Shown: positions 50,884 to 64,000 of the stretch, in pieces
How positions within the stretch are numbered: position 1 is the stretch's first letter
Layout of the letters: each line of letters begins with the position of its first letter
NCBI GenBank assembly: GCA_951406725.2
Contig: OX597818.1
Coordinates: forward strand, 94,364,001-94,428,000
Direction: 5' to 3'
Length of the DNA: 64,000 nt
Source: Octopus vulgaris
Lineage: Eukaryota
Translations under genes and position numbers: made by a program
The notes under the pieces: model-generated
Seen by the model: the letters and a program-made list of their open reading frames with translations, nothing else
The model's database searches: none
Told to the model about the DNA's origin: nothing

Positions 50884-51075
50884 TAGGCTCATCCTTTCAT
50901 CTGATGATATGTTGCAGTAGAGTTGCGCAACTTCTTTGGGCATGTATTTAAGGTTATCAAACAAGGAATGCTGCTTTAGGAGCTGCCTTCAAAGTCCTAT
51001 GATGCTATCAGCCTAATGTATGCAAACTTGGTGAAGGGATGCACTTCGACACTTGGTGTTTAAAAGATATTGCTT
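50884..51075 (-). mobile_element. Dong/R4 internal fragment
   Basis: Homologous to 52088-52261. Confidence 0.7.
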
Positions 51076-51680
51076 GGTGGTTAAAAGATATTCCTTCATA
51101 TGAGAGTGAGTGGAAATAAATGGGGTGGATCTGGATAGAGAGATAGATGGTGGTGACAAAACATCAGATCATACCCACAAGATACAAAAAGGTGAATATT
51201 TATAAAAAAAGAAACAACAAAGACACTTTGTCTGAAGTTACAGTTTTGTTCACATTTTGTTTAAATTAGAAAAGAAAACATGAATGATTATATAACATTG
51301 GTTAACTAATAACTTGTTTTATTTCTTTGGTTAGTTCAGTCTTTTATGTTATTATTGTCATTGTTTCGGGTTTTTTCTTTTCTATTTTGTGGAACAATGT
51401 ACTTTGTTTCTAACAAGTAGACAACAACCCAAACGGTAAGTTCAAGCAAGGTACTTTTTTCAGTATTATTTAATATGACTCAACCAACCTACATTGGCAA
51501 TTTAATTGGTTCTTTGATGACTTGAAGGGAGATTATGAAGAAATGTACATTAGTATATATACATAACTTGTATGTATGTATGTATGTATGTATGTATGTA
51601 TGTATGTATGTATGTATGTATGTATGTATGTATGTATGTATGTATGCATGCATGTATGTATATAGGTATGTATGTATGTC

Positions 51681-51818
51681 ATTATTCAGTTTTATTTCAA
51701 GATTTCTTGCCAATAGTGAAAGAGCCAGTTTCTAACCTAGACCCAAGGCTCCTTCACTGGAATTTCAACATCAACAACAGGGTATTTTTATTTGTATGTA
51801 TGTATGTATGTATGTATG

Positions 51819-51852
<34 letters not shown>

Positions 51853-52490
51853 TGTATGTATGTATGTATGTATGTATGTATGTATGTATGTATGTATGTA
51901 TGTATATGGCAGATTTGTATGCTTTGCTTTTATGTATGTATTCTCATGCATATAGTTGCATATCTAGACATGCTTTATTTCCTGTTCCAGGATTGAAAAC
52001 ACATACCCTTCAATGTGGGAGATAGTAATCCAGTTCTTGGTCCATGATAGACTGCTTTGATGATCAATGTTACTATCGTCTGCTCATATAGGCTCATCCT
52101 TTCATCTAATGATATGTTGTGGCTGAGTTGCGCAACTTCTTTGGGCATGTATTTATCAGACAAGGAATGCTGCTCCAAGAGCTGCCTTCAAAGTCTTATG
52201 ATGTTATCAGCCTTTTGGTGAAGGGATGAACTTCGACATTTGGTGTTTAAAATATATTGCTGAAAAAATGATATAACATTCAAAGGCAGTCTGGATCGCT
52301 GTTAAGCTTCTGCCTCCTTGTTTTCATTTTAGGTAGAGGTGGTCTATGTCACTGTTTATGTGGAAATTATGTGTGTTTGTTAGTATCTTCTGGGTTTTCA
52401 CATCAATGGCTCAGGTCCATCGAGCATCCAATGAAGTAGCCCAAATGTTGGTATGAGTACTGGTACTGCAAACACATTGTGGGCCACTGT
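51681..52490 (-). mobile_element. Dong/R4-type retrotransposon, post-RT region and 3' UTR
   Basis: AHNVFAVPVLIPTFGLLHW...IDVKTQKILTNTHNFHINSDIDHLYLK*KQGGRSL; the 3' UTR is shared with the 20933 copy, contains internal (CATA)n and ends aataaaactgaataat before (CATA)n. Confidence 0.85.
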
Positions 52491-52958
52491 TTTATTGAAG
52501 ACTGCTGGTATGGTCATGTGGTGCATATGGATGAGGACAGCTGTATAAAGAAGTGCTGATCTCTAACTTTGAAGGGAACCTGTGGAAGGGGTAGACTCAG
52601 GAAGCTGTGGAATGAGGTGATGAGAAATGATTTTCAGAAGTTGAGCCTAACAGAGGAGATGATAAGCTCAGTAAAATCATGGCCATTGATACATACCGGT
52701 ATGTCCTTTATGGCCATATCTTCCTTCTCCTCTTTCACACACACACACACACACGAAATTCAGTCCTCTGGCACCCACAATCATCCACAATCTACCCACC
52801 TCATCCACAATACATCTCCCCAACATCTCTGCCACCCACTGCAGGCCTCTCCAGTTCCTTTCACCATCATTTGCTATCTCTATACATCACCCCTCATACT
52901 CTTATGGCATATCTCTTCTACTTATACTCCCATCACTGTTCCCTGTAGGTAGGGCCTT

Positions 52959-52990
<32 letters not shown>

Positions 52991-53898
52991 ACTCTGACTA
53001 TCTCTGTCTTTCACTCTTTCTCCCTCTTCTTCGTTGTCCTATTTGGGTAGCCACGTATCTCCTCTGTAGTAAGACAGCTGTCCATATCCCTCTATCATAC
53101 TCCAACATCTTGTCTGACACATAGCCACTTCTCTAGGCTTCATTCCTTCTCTCAGTGGAGAGGTCCTTGTCTTGCAAGCTATTTGACAACTCCATGGCAA
53201 CTAGTGCGCATAAAGAGCACCTGTATTGGTACCATGTAGAACTCACCCATGCTGTTGTCATGTAAAAAGCACCTGTGCTGGTTTCACACAAAAAGTTCCC
53301 ATGTTAGTGCCACATAATAAGCACCTAGTACAATCTGTAAAGTGGTTAGTAGTAGAAAGGGCATCCAGCTATAGAAACCATGCCAAAAGAGACAATTGGA
53401 GTCTGATGCAGCTCTCCAGCTTGCCAGCTCCTGCTAAAGCATCCAACCTATACCAGTATGGAAAATAGACGTTAAATGATGAGGATGAGGATGTATGTAA
53501 TCTGTAAATTTCTACCTCAAGCATTTTACAACCTCTTTATTATTGAAGGACAAGTACTGTATTAAATATTCTTTGAGATTCTCAAGTGATACCGTAGTTT
53601 TATTCTTAATGTACAAATAATTTCAAACTAATTTCAAGAAGAGACAGTATAATTTTTAATTAGATGCCATATGTAATTATAAAGTTTAGAGAGCCATTGA
53701 AAGGAAAAGGGAGTTTGTAGTTTACTTTCTTGTACAAATAATCAATTTAAGCTAATTTCAAGTGACAGGCATTATTTAAAAAAAACAGTGAAAGTTTTAA
53801 TTTCTAATTCTAAAAATTAATTCCAAATGATTGTTGTTTACAAAGGGGCATATGTATATAAAGATATAAAGGAAACTGTGGCGTGGCAGCTATCTTAG

Positions 53899-53996
<98 letters not shown>

Positions 53997-54031
53997 TGAC
54001 AGATAGATACATAGATGTATTCACATGATCA

Positions 54032-54121
54032 GTAAAAATGTATGGAGGATGTGAGAACACAACCTCAGCATATATTGGGGAGACTACTCAGAGTCTAGCT
54101 GAAAGAATGGAAGGACATTGG
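54032..54121 (+). pseudogene. Penelope-like GIY-YIG fragment
   Basis: Translates to GCENTTSAYIGETTQSLAERMEGH. Confidence 0.65.
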
Positions 54122-56498
54122 GAAAAAATAGCATGGGTTTAATAGTTTGTGCAATATTTCTTTCTATTCCCTGGCTTATGCTCACCATTTCCTACCACCT
54201 CTTTTAAAGATGTAAGTGATTGGCTCCCCTGGATGTAACATGCATATATTTACATGCCATTACATGTTAATGTATGGGAATATATGCATGTGAGTTTGTG
54301 AGATATTTTTCTCTTCTATGTAAGGCCTTCCTCTCCAGTCTCCTTGGCAAGGCCTCTTGTTGCCTAATGGACCCTCTTCTCTCTTCTAACAGGTGCTTGG
54401 TCCTAATGATTTAATGCTTGAATGTAATAGTAAATCATTGAGTAGAAATATTTGGACATTTAAACATGACGAAGAACCCGCTGCCAATCAGCAAATGTTT
54501 ACACAAATCTTTATTTTTTTGTCAGGTGCTGAAAACAATCTCCTAGCCACCTACTCCCTCTTCCTATCAAGTCTACAACCTTTGAGTGACCACAATCAAT
54601 ACAAACACAATGAAAGATAGATTCAGAAAGATTGTTGAAGAATTAGAGTGGAGACATGTAGATGTAATATGGTGTGCAAAAGGTAAGGTGGAGGGCAACC
54701 TCTACCAGATTCTTCATGGATAAGGAACAAAGATATAAATTCTTCTGAGTAGACATACTCTTGACAGAGAACTAGGCAAATAAAGTAAGTGAGGTAGTCA
54801 GAGTATGTGGTAGGATTGTTAAGCTTAGACTAGTCATAGGTAAATCAATGGCAATATTTATTTCTGCATTTGATCCACTGTCTAGACTGGCAGATGAACA
54901 GTGGGACTGATTCAGTTGGGCCTTTTGAGGACTACTTTGATGATAAATGACAATGATCTTATTTCAATGAATATCTTAGGGAGAATGCCAAGGAATTCCA
55001 TGATGTACATGGAGTTTAGCTTTGATTCTAGGAATGAGGAAGGAACTCGGTGATGCAAATAACTCGATGATTTACAAATCTAATTTCAAGAAACTAGCAA
55101 AGCTCCTGATCACCTATCAATCCAGTGGATGCAAAAGCCAGTCTAACAACATTCATGTTAGAAACAAGAATGCTTTACAGCATGCGAATAATGGTATGAG
55201 GTGTTCTGGATTGCTAGAAGAGAGAGAGAATCAAGTTGTTGTGGGTGAGAAGTGGGTATGGATAATGCCACACTTTCACTAACTGATTTTAAAAAAAAAG
55301 AGGCATGAAAGTGCTCCTATGAGATGCTTTTAAGTGGGGAGAATGCATTCAAGAAAGAGAATTTTTGCCAATATAGAGCCAACAGAGAGATCAATCATTA
55401 TAGTACAGAAAAAAAGTACTACTAAGATGAATAGACTTCAGCAATCCACTCTAGATATTTCTTTAAAACAAGTGATCCAAGAATGTTCTACTTTTGCAGC
55501 TTCTTCTTCAGTAACTAGAAATCCTGATAATTCTGCAGAAAAAAAAGTTCCCCTTAGAGGTTTAGAAGAAATGATTTCTCTTCTCAGTTATTTCTTCTAC
55601 TCTCACCATTCTGCTGCCTTTAATTTTGGTTGAACAATCTGCCAAACTAAGGTGAGAAATTATGTGATTTCTCAGTTGTTCATTTATAATTTTTAATCTT
55701 TAAATTTTTAATATGCTTTAAAATTTAATTTAATCATTCTTCAGTTTTACAGATTATTTCTGTTATTCATCATCTAATAACACCTTTTATGTTTACTTTA
55801 ATATCTGCTAATTTTTATATCTTAGTGAAGGGAGATTTTTGAAATTAGGTATGGATTTTTTTATTTATCAATTTAAAAAGAATTTTTAACTTTTTATTTT
55901 ATAATTGTTCGTGTTGCTATTTATTATCTTTATTACATTGTTTTATTATACGCATTTATTTCTATTGATTATTTGTGTTAATTAGTTCTTAAAGGGATGC
56001 TTTGAATGTAGACTTTCAATTCTGGCTGACAATTTGGAGTGAATTGTCCCTAAATAACTATATTTTAATTGATGTGGTAATAAATGAGTTTCTGAGATGA
56101 ATTAGATTTATTATCACAGGGTCTAATGTATAATATATATGTGTGCACGCGCATGCGTGTATACCTGCATGCATGTGTGTGTGTGTGTGTCTGCCTCTGT
56201 GTGTGTGCATGCATGTGTGGATGGTACTAGGGTGTATAAGCACCATCATAGATGCATTGTTAAGAAGTTCACTTCTCAATCATATTTTTGTAGGTTTGAT
56301 CTCACAGTGTTATACTTTGGACAAATGTCTTCTGCTATAACGTCAGGTTGACCAATATCTTGGGAATGGAAACTGTGAGTGTATGTGTATGTAAATATAT
56401 GTATATATACATACATACATAAATACATACATACATACATGCATACATGCATACATACATACATACATACATACATACATACATACATACATACATAC

Positions 56499-57360
56499 AT
56501 GAGGAAAAGTCAAAAATTATATGCACTCTTATTTTTTCAATGTATTTACACAAAAACAGGGGATAAACAAGTATGTCATTTTTCTCTGTAGTCTTCTTCA
56601 CCGGTCTACAAATTTGCATATTCCCGCCAAAAAGAAGGTTTTTGGTTGGTCATGCAACCATTTATGCACGGGACCTTGTAAACAATCTTTGAGTGGTCCA
56701 AAGATATGATAGTTGGAAAGGGCAAGATCTGGGCTGTAGGCATGGTGTTCCAGCACCTCCAAATCCAATTGGTTAATGGTTTCACTGGTCTGGGTGGCTG
56801 TGTGTGGGTTTGCATTGTCATGCAAAAACAAAACTTTCTTCCACAACAGGCTTTGACATTTTGGTGTGAATTACTGGCTTCAGTGTGTTGGCCAACAGAG
56901 CAACGTATCTTGCATTGTTGGTCATACACCCCTTTTCCAGGAGTAGTTTTGAGTCCCCAAAACGGGTTAGCGTCACCTTTCCCATGGGTCTTGAATCTCT
57001 TTGTCGCTGGTGGTTTCCACTCCATACTCTGTCTTTTGGATTTTGCCTCATAATGATGGACCTATGCTTCATCTCCTGTGATTATTCCTTGCCCTCATTG
57101 TTGTAGTGATCAAGTAAATGCTGGCAGACCTCAAGACATTTGCACTTATGCTCTGCAGTAAGCTCTCTTGGCACCCATATTGCACAGACTTTATGGAAGC
57201 TGAGCTCATCATGGATGATTTGAGAGGCAGAACCATGACCAATCTGCAGAGAACAAGCTACCTCATCAATGAAAACTCACCTGTTCACCATTACCATCTC
57301 CTGAGTTTGCTAAATCTTCTCATCAGCAGTGGAGGTTGATGCGCATCCCAGTATTGTGCT
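56499..57360 (-). mobile_element. mariner (irritans-like) transposase remnant
   Basis: MEWK...GKVTLT...FLHDNANPH...EVLEHHAYSPDLALSNYHIFGPLK...QPKTFF; TIR-like gaggaaaagtcaaaaattat at the left end. Confidence 0.85.
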
Positions 57361-57620
57361 AAAAGCCTCCTCTGAATTTCAGCACCTGACACACCTTCCA
57401 CCCAAAGAAATCAGATCACTGCTCTTTGTTCTTCTTTGGTGCACATTGCTAGTGGAGTGGCCATTCTTACACTGTAAAGACAGAGATAAAAAAAATGATG
57501 CAATCAGGTTCAAACTTCAACCACATGACCATAATAGTACCAACTATAAGCACACATGTGCAGAAAGCAGTGTGATAATACTAAAGATATGTTATGGCAA
57601 AGGTATGTATATTGACTTTT

Positions 57621-57690
<70 letters not shown>

Positions 57691-58899
57691 TGTATGTATG
57701 TATGTATGCATGTATGCATGTATGTGTGTGTATATATATATATATAAAGCACCAACCGATCGTGGCCATTGCCAGCCTCCTCTGGCACGTAAAAAGCATC
57801 CACTACACTCATGGAGTGGTTGGCGTTAGGAAGGGCATCCAGCTGTTGAAACACTGCCAGATCAGACTGGAGCCTGGTGCAGACCCCGGTCAAACCGTCC
57901 AACCCATGCTAGCACGGAAAGCGGACGTTAAACAATGATGATGATATATATAATATGTATGTATGTATATGCATGATGAATATATATATATATCATCATC
58001 ATCATCATCATTACCATTATTATTTACCATCCATTTTCCATGCTGGTATGAGTTGGACAGTTTGACAGGGGCAGTTAGGCAGAAGACTGCACCAAACTTC
58101 ACTGTCTGTTTTGGCAGGGTTTTTACAGCTGGATGCTCTTCCTAACACCAACCATCTTGCAGAGTGGACTGTGTGCTTTTTACATGGCCACAGCACCAGC
58201 AAGGCCTGTTTTGGCATGGTCTTTATAGTTGGCTACCCTTCCAAACACCCACCACTTTACAGTGTGGAGTGGGTGTACCAGCACTGATGGAGTCACCAAG
58301 TAACTTCCAAGACAAAGAACTTATGAGTGTAGGTAGGGGGGCATTGGAGGAGGTGAACTTGTGCCAGAGGTTAGAGTGTGACAGAAGGATAGAAACAGGT
58401 GGTGAGCTGGCAGAAACGTTAGCATGCTGGGCGAAATGCTTAGTGGTATTTCGTCTGCCGCTAGGTTCTGAGTTCAAATTCCGCCAAGGTCGACTTTGCC
58501 TTTCATCCTTTTGGGATCGATTAAATAAGTACCAGTTAATCCATTTGTCTGGCCATGTTTGTCCCCTCTGTATGTAACCCCCCCCCCCCCCCCCAGTGGG
58601 CAGTAAAGAAATAAGAAGGATAGAAACAGGTGTCTTGCTGTGGAAGAGATACAGGTTACCAATTCAGAAGGAGAGGGCAAGAAAGAGAGAGGGAGAGAGA
58701 GAGAGGGAGAGAGATGGTGGTGAAGTGCCAAGGCATGCCCTTAAAGTACCAAAATATAAATGGGATGGTAATCTTCAATTTATGACTGAGAAATGATAAT
58801 CAATGGTCAGTAATTGATAAATGATTTACTACTATAAGTTGATTTGACACCAAGTATTAAATATTGTCCCCAACTGTAGGGATTAACTATGCTCATTTC

Positions 58900-59343
58900 C
58901 GCCATTATATGAAGAGAACAATAATTCTTATTTCTACTTACCACCTGCTTGAAAAGTTGCATAAGATGTTCAGAACATAACTACTCCTGGTTGATTATTA
59001 GTTCTTCTTTCATATCCCATTAATAAGTAAATTTCTCTGTTATCTTTTCTATTTCACCTTGTGTGACTGGTGATATATAATTTTTCTGAGTTTAACTTAA
59101 CAGGTTTGGCAGGACCTGTTTCTTGTGTTTTAAATGTATGTCAAAAACAACTTTGTATCTTAATTGCAAATGATTCTTCAGATACTTTGCACCATGCATA
59201 ACTCTGGTGTTGCGTATGTTCATTTTGTCCTGCTGTCATGACAGGCATGGATGTGTGGTTAAGAAGCTTGTTCTGGAAGTGAAGTTTCCTATAAGTAACA
59301 ATTTATCCATGTGAGAGCTGTTGCACAATCATCATCATCATCG

Positions 59344-59380
<37 letters not shown>

Positions 59381-59850
59381 TTAACGTCTGTTTTCTATGC
59401 TGGCATGGTTTGGACTGTTTGACAAGAGCCAGCCAGGTAGAAGACTACACCAGGCTACTGTGTCTGTTTTGGTATGGTTTTTATGGCTGAATACCCTTCC
59501 TGATATCAACTACCCTGAAGAGTGGACTGATTGCTTTTTATGTGGCACCAGCACAGGTGAGGTCAGTTTTGGCATATATGTACTTCTATAGAAAACTTCA
59601 TTGCTTTCATTGTGGCTCATCATAATTAGAGCTGTAGAGGTGCAGTTCTTTGTTAACAGTAATTTCTTGTAACAGTAATTTCTTGTAATGGTCTTGTAAC
59701 TTTTCTGTAAGCTTCGGCACTATGTTCTTCTTTCTTTTTAAAAAGTTTTTTCAATAACCCTGGGACTTATAAGGCTGGTGATTGGGTTTTCTGGCATATA
59801 CATGACAGATACTACAACATTTCTTTGAATGGGAATCCAATTCATTGCAG
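58900..59850 (-). mobile_element. highly decayed non-LTR (probably Dong/R4) pre-RT fragments
   Basis: Short motifs only (HNESNEVFYR; ISPVTQGEIEKI; NNQPG), interrupted by SINEs. Confidence 0.35.
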
Positions 59851-61103
59851 GGATCAAGACCAGCAATTTTGAGGGGATGGAACTAATCAATTACATCAGC
59901 TCAATACATGACAAGTACTTTATTTTATTAACCCCAAAGAAATGAACGGTAAAGTTGACTTCTTTGGGATTTGAACTTAGAACGTTAAGAATCAGAAGAA
60001 ATGCTTCTAAGCATTTTGGTGGACATGATAACAATACTGCTAGCTTGCTGCTTCTTCTCTGTACCAAATCCAATTCCAGATTCTTTGGGCTTGCTCAAGT
60101 AGAATATGTGTTTTATTTCATTCAGATTATCTGAGTCAAAGACTCACACTCAAATTGAGTAGCTGTATTAATTTTGTTGTGAGGTACTCCTCTGATACAT
60201 TGCTCTACCATAACAATGTACCATGTCTTTTTGATTGAATGTGCTGATCACTTAAAGTGGTGGGAAGCTGTGGAAGAGGGAAACCCAGGAAGACATGGGA
60301 TGAAGTATTGAAGGCCGGTCTCAAAACTTTGGGCCTTATGAAGGAAATGAGGCAGGACTGAGATATGTCGCTCATTACTGTACTCAAGAAGACTCACTCT
60401 CCACAACAGAATTGAGATCTTAAGGGTGCTGGTGCCATGTAAAAATCTCTGGAGATGGTACCATTTAAAAGCACCCAGAGTAAACTCTGTAAAGTGGTTG
60501 GTATTAGAGAGGGCATGAAACTGTAGAAAACCAATCGAGCCAAAATAGACTATGGAACCTGGTGTGGCTCCTGACTTTGCCAGTTTCTATCAAGCCATTC
60601 AACTGATACCATCAGGGAAAATGTTTGTTAAATGTTGATGATGATGATGATGATGATGACGACGACGACGACAATGATGATGATGACAATGGCAACGATG
60701 ATGATGATGGTGTCCTAACATTTCATAGAACTGTTGTCAAAAGTCTTTTAGTTCCTGGTTGATTTTCCACTTCCATTATTAATCCTGACCAGACAGCGCA
60801 ATCTATGAATGTGTGTATGGTTATGCATCAGTCTGAATGTATGTAGATGTACATTGTCATGTAAACTACTTACCAGAAGTTTATATATATATATATTCTT
60901 TTAAGCATTATTCTCTTCTGCAAGTTATTGCAGACATTCTTTCAGAGAGCTACAACTATTTCTCACCAGTGAAAACAGGTGAAGGTGATTATGAGTTGTT
61001 GTTCCTGCACTGACTGGCCAAAAGATTCTGGGAATTCCAAACAAATATTATTCAACTTCAATATCACTAGAAGCACAATTTCTTTGGGATTTTTCTTCCT
61101 TAG

Positions 61104-61325
61104 CCCTTTTGTTACCATATTTCTATCGAGATGCTCTGTGTTTCTTTCAATTCATTTTAAATATAACAAAGAATTTAGTAAAATAACTTAGTTATCATTA
61201 AGCTAGTGTTAGGAACATAAATTGTGACTAAGGTTTGGTGGTAGATTTTAATTCAGAACATTTGAAAACAAGATATTTGTTTCACAGAGCCAGAGGCAGT
61301 TTCGGCCAGGTTGGTATCAAAAGGG
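61104..61325. mobile_element. piggyBac-type MITE
   Basis: TIR cccttttgttacca / tggtatcaaaaggg (13 of 14), flanked by ttag and ttaa; a similar more decayed element lies at about 62123-62342. Confidence 0.75.
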
Positions 61326-61464
61326 TTAAGCCTGTTCTCCAATGAGAGACTGTACCACAGGACAGTAGTTTCACTATGCAAAACACGGGTATTTAACTCT
61401 CTGAGGCAATACATGCTCATAAAGGAATCATTAGTTGTTGCTGCTGCTGCTGTTGCTGTTGCTG

Positions 61465-61833
61465 TTGAGTGAATGGTCTTCATCCCAGAGCTCGCAAGAT
61501 GGGAGAAGTCCGAAACGTGGTCCTTTGCTATTCGTAAGACCTGCAGAAGAGAAAGCAGGTCAACCCCCGACACCGAAAGCATTGACGGATGGATGAATGC
61601 ACACCCAGGCTCAGCGGTTGCGTAGGAAGTCGGGGACAAGAAACAGGAAGAAAGAGTGAGAGAAAGTTGGAGCAATAGAATACAACAGGGGTCGCCACTA
61701 CCCCCTGCCGGAGCCTCGTGGAGCTTTAGGTGTTTTTGCTCAATAAACACACACAACACCCTGTCTGGGAATCGAAACCGCGGTCCTCCGACCGTGAGTC
61801 CACTGCCCTAACCATTGGGCCATTGTGCCTCCA
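61465..61833 (-). mobile_element. tRNA-derived SINE, family C
   Basis: Head gtggaggcacaatggcccaatggttagggc...ggtttcgattccc (A and B boxes), (CAA/CAG)n tail; related heads at 38732-38990(+), 26400-26620(-) and 48860-48995(-). Confidence 0.8.
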
Positions 61834-63419
61834 CTGCTGCTGCTGCTACTACTACTACTACTACTACTACTGCAGCAGTAGTAATAGTAGTAGTGATAGT
61901 AGTTGTCATAGTAGTTGTGGTGGTATTAGAAGAGGTTTTCTTGATGTTACTGTTATTGCTGTAGCTGTTGTTTAGCTCCATGTCAGCTCTGACCTTCTGG
62001 GTCAAACAATTGGTCAAACAATACACTACACCATTGCAGAGGACCACACTCTCCTCTCTAATGTCCATTGGTCTATTATGTCAGGTGCAGTGTGCCATTC
62101 TGTACATGTTGATTTTTTTTATACCTTCAGCATTTAAACCGGCTATATCTGGCTTAAATATTCTACCTGATTTATGTTCAAATCAGCCAGATCTTACCTG
62201 TTACTGTTAACCTACAATGTCATTCTAAAAATAAGAAGCACGCTACCACAGTCTCAAAGCTACAAAATACTGCATGATTAATTCAAAACAATGTGAATAA
62301 ATAAGCATTACATTTGATAGACTAATCTGAATGCTAAACGGATAATTCAGTCCAGTGATGTCAGTAGGTTCTGGTCATGACTCCCCGGCAAAAGTGGTAA
62401 ATATAGATCCAATAGAGCATAACAGTTGCTGTTCTTCTGTATTCATTATTGTTGAAGATGGAGGTGGTTACATCCTGATGAAGTGTTTAGGCTAATAATG
62501 ATGTTTATGTTGCTGCTAATTTTGAGCAGATATGTTCTATTTTATTTATTTTATTTCGTCTGGAAGGAATGGATAGTGTACCTAACACAGTGTTGACAGA
62601 TTGGTAAATATTTACTTACCAACATGATGCAATCAATAACTTATAGACAAGTTGTTTTTTCTCTCTGTCTCTTATATCAAAACTTACAATAGCATCTACA
62701 TCCCTGAACAGTCTCTATACCTGTCATAGGCAGAATGTGCTTGCAGGACTTTCTAAATGACATGCGTGATGAAAAGTTACCTTGAATTTTTTTAGTTATG
62801 CAGCCCACCTGATGATGACTTGGTCCACTTCTAGAAAAAGTTGCCCATGTCTGTTCTGTACCATGGCCAATCAACAATTCCATCTCTCCTCTTTCTGCCA
62901 CTCTGTTATGTTTTATATCCTACATCATACATTAAACACTTCGTACTATCCTTCTTCTGCAGAATTGCAACCCCCTGCAATATCCTATCCATCCACAATT
63001 TTTTTTTTCTTTCAAATATCCACTTTAAGTATTGAAACACATCAGACATCTCAATCTTACTAGTGTGAAAAGGTCTGCAATGGTTTGGTTACTGCTGTAG
63101 TTGAAGATGCTTGAGTGTTCTGTGGTGATGTATGTGTGTGTGTGAACCGAGTGGTCAAGGGAAAATGTTCTTAGGATGGTATTGCATTTTTTTATTTGTA
63201 TGTTAGTTAAAAGAGAAGTAGTGACCAAAACTGATATATACACAATGGGCTTCTTTCAGTTTCCATCTACTCTCAAGACTTTGGTCAATCCATGCCTATA
63301 GTAGAAGATACTCAAGGTGCCACACAGTGGAACTGAACCTCAAAACCATGTGACTGGGAAAATATCATCTTAATCACATAGCCATATCTGTGTACAGTTG
63401 TCTAAATTGATATAGCAAA

Positions 63420-64000
63420 ATTTATATATATAAAACTCAACTTGTGTGTCTGTGTGTGTATCTGTGTGTGTGTCTGTGTGTTAATTTCCTGGCACATCTC
63501 CTCCTAGCCAACAAATTGTAGAACCACCAAAAATGGGTCACTTAAAGTTTAGGCGAATGAAAATTGAACTGCGCTATTTCTGTTCCAAAATTCATCTCGC
63601 AAGTGCAAAAATCGATAATGTGTTTGTTTAGGCCTTATCCCATGCATTGAATAGTGAACTTTGCTCAGTCAGCTGTTTGACGTGAACTGTGTTCACCACG
63701 CGTGCAAGCATGCATTAATTGCATGAAAAATAAAAAAATCAAGATATAAAAATGAATCGCCGTAAACATTGTAGAAATTCGGCAAAGAAATGAATTTTCA
63801 GGGTGTAGCCTGAAGGGTTTTTTTGTATTAATCGTTTGGACTTTGTGAACACATACCAATTGTTTTCATAACATTTTTAATGCTTTGAATTAAATGTGAC
63901 CATTTTGCGTTGAGTCTGCAGTTTGAATCACTTTAACCAAATTTTAGCAGGCCGGATTTTTGATCATCACAATATATCGCCAGCAACTCCCTGAAACTCT
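63420..64000 (+). mobile_element. probable non-autonomous Helitron (5' part)
   Basis: Start tttatatatataaaactcaacttgtgtgtctg resembles the 15177 Helitron start; no 3' CTAG end inside the window. Confidence 0.5.

Noticed and set aside
61760-61833. tRNA gene-like sequence
   Set aside because: It has A and B boxes but continues into a SINE body and tail; it is a SINE head, not a tRNA gene.

Overview
This is AT-rich, microsatellite-dense eukaryotic DNA. It is most likely from an octopus or other cephalopod, inferred from the SINE and LINE repertoire and not verified. I recognise no host protein-coding gene; almost all listed ORFs are translations of microsatellites or decayed transposons. The window is a transposon graveyard: two related compact Ty3/Gypsy LTR elements (a full-length 4.1-kb copy with a 5-bp TSD, and a younger 3'-truncated copy with intact gag), RTE and Dong/R4 LINE remnants, four Tc1/mariner remnants, Helitrons, MITEs, many SINEs, and many Penelope-like (PLE) remnants. 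Two observations stand out. (1) Both Gypsy elements lack a normal TGG primer-binding site and instead carry, flush with the 5' LTR, a 12-mer complementary to the 5'-terminal 12 nt of tRNA-Phe, which suggests non-canonical priming. (2) About a dozen type I hammerhead-ribozyme motifs occur, several in tail-outward PLE palindromes set in (TA)n tracts, including natural core variants such as a G3-C8 swapped core. All alignments and folds were done by eye.
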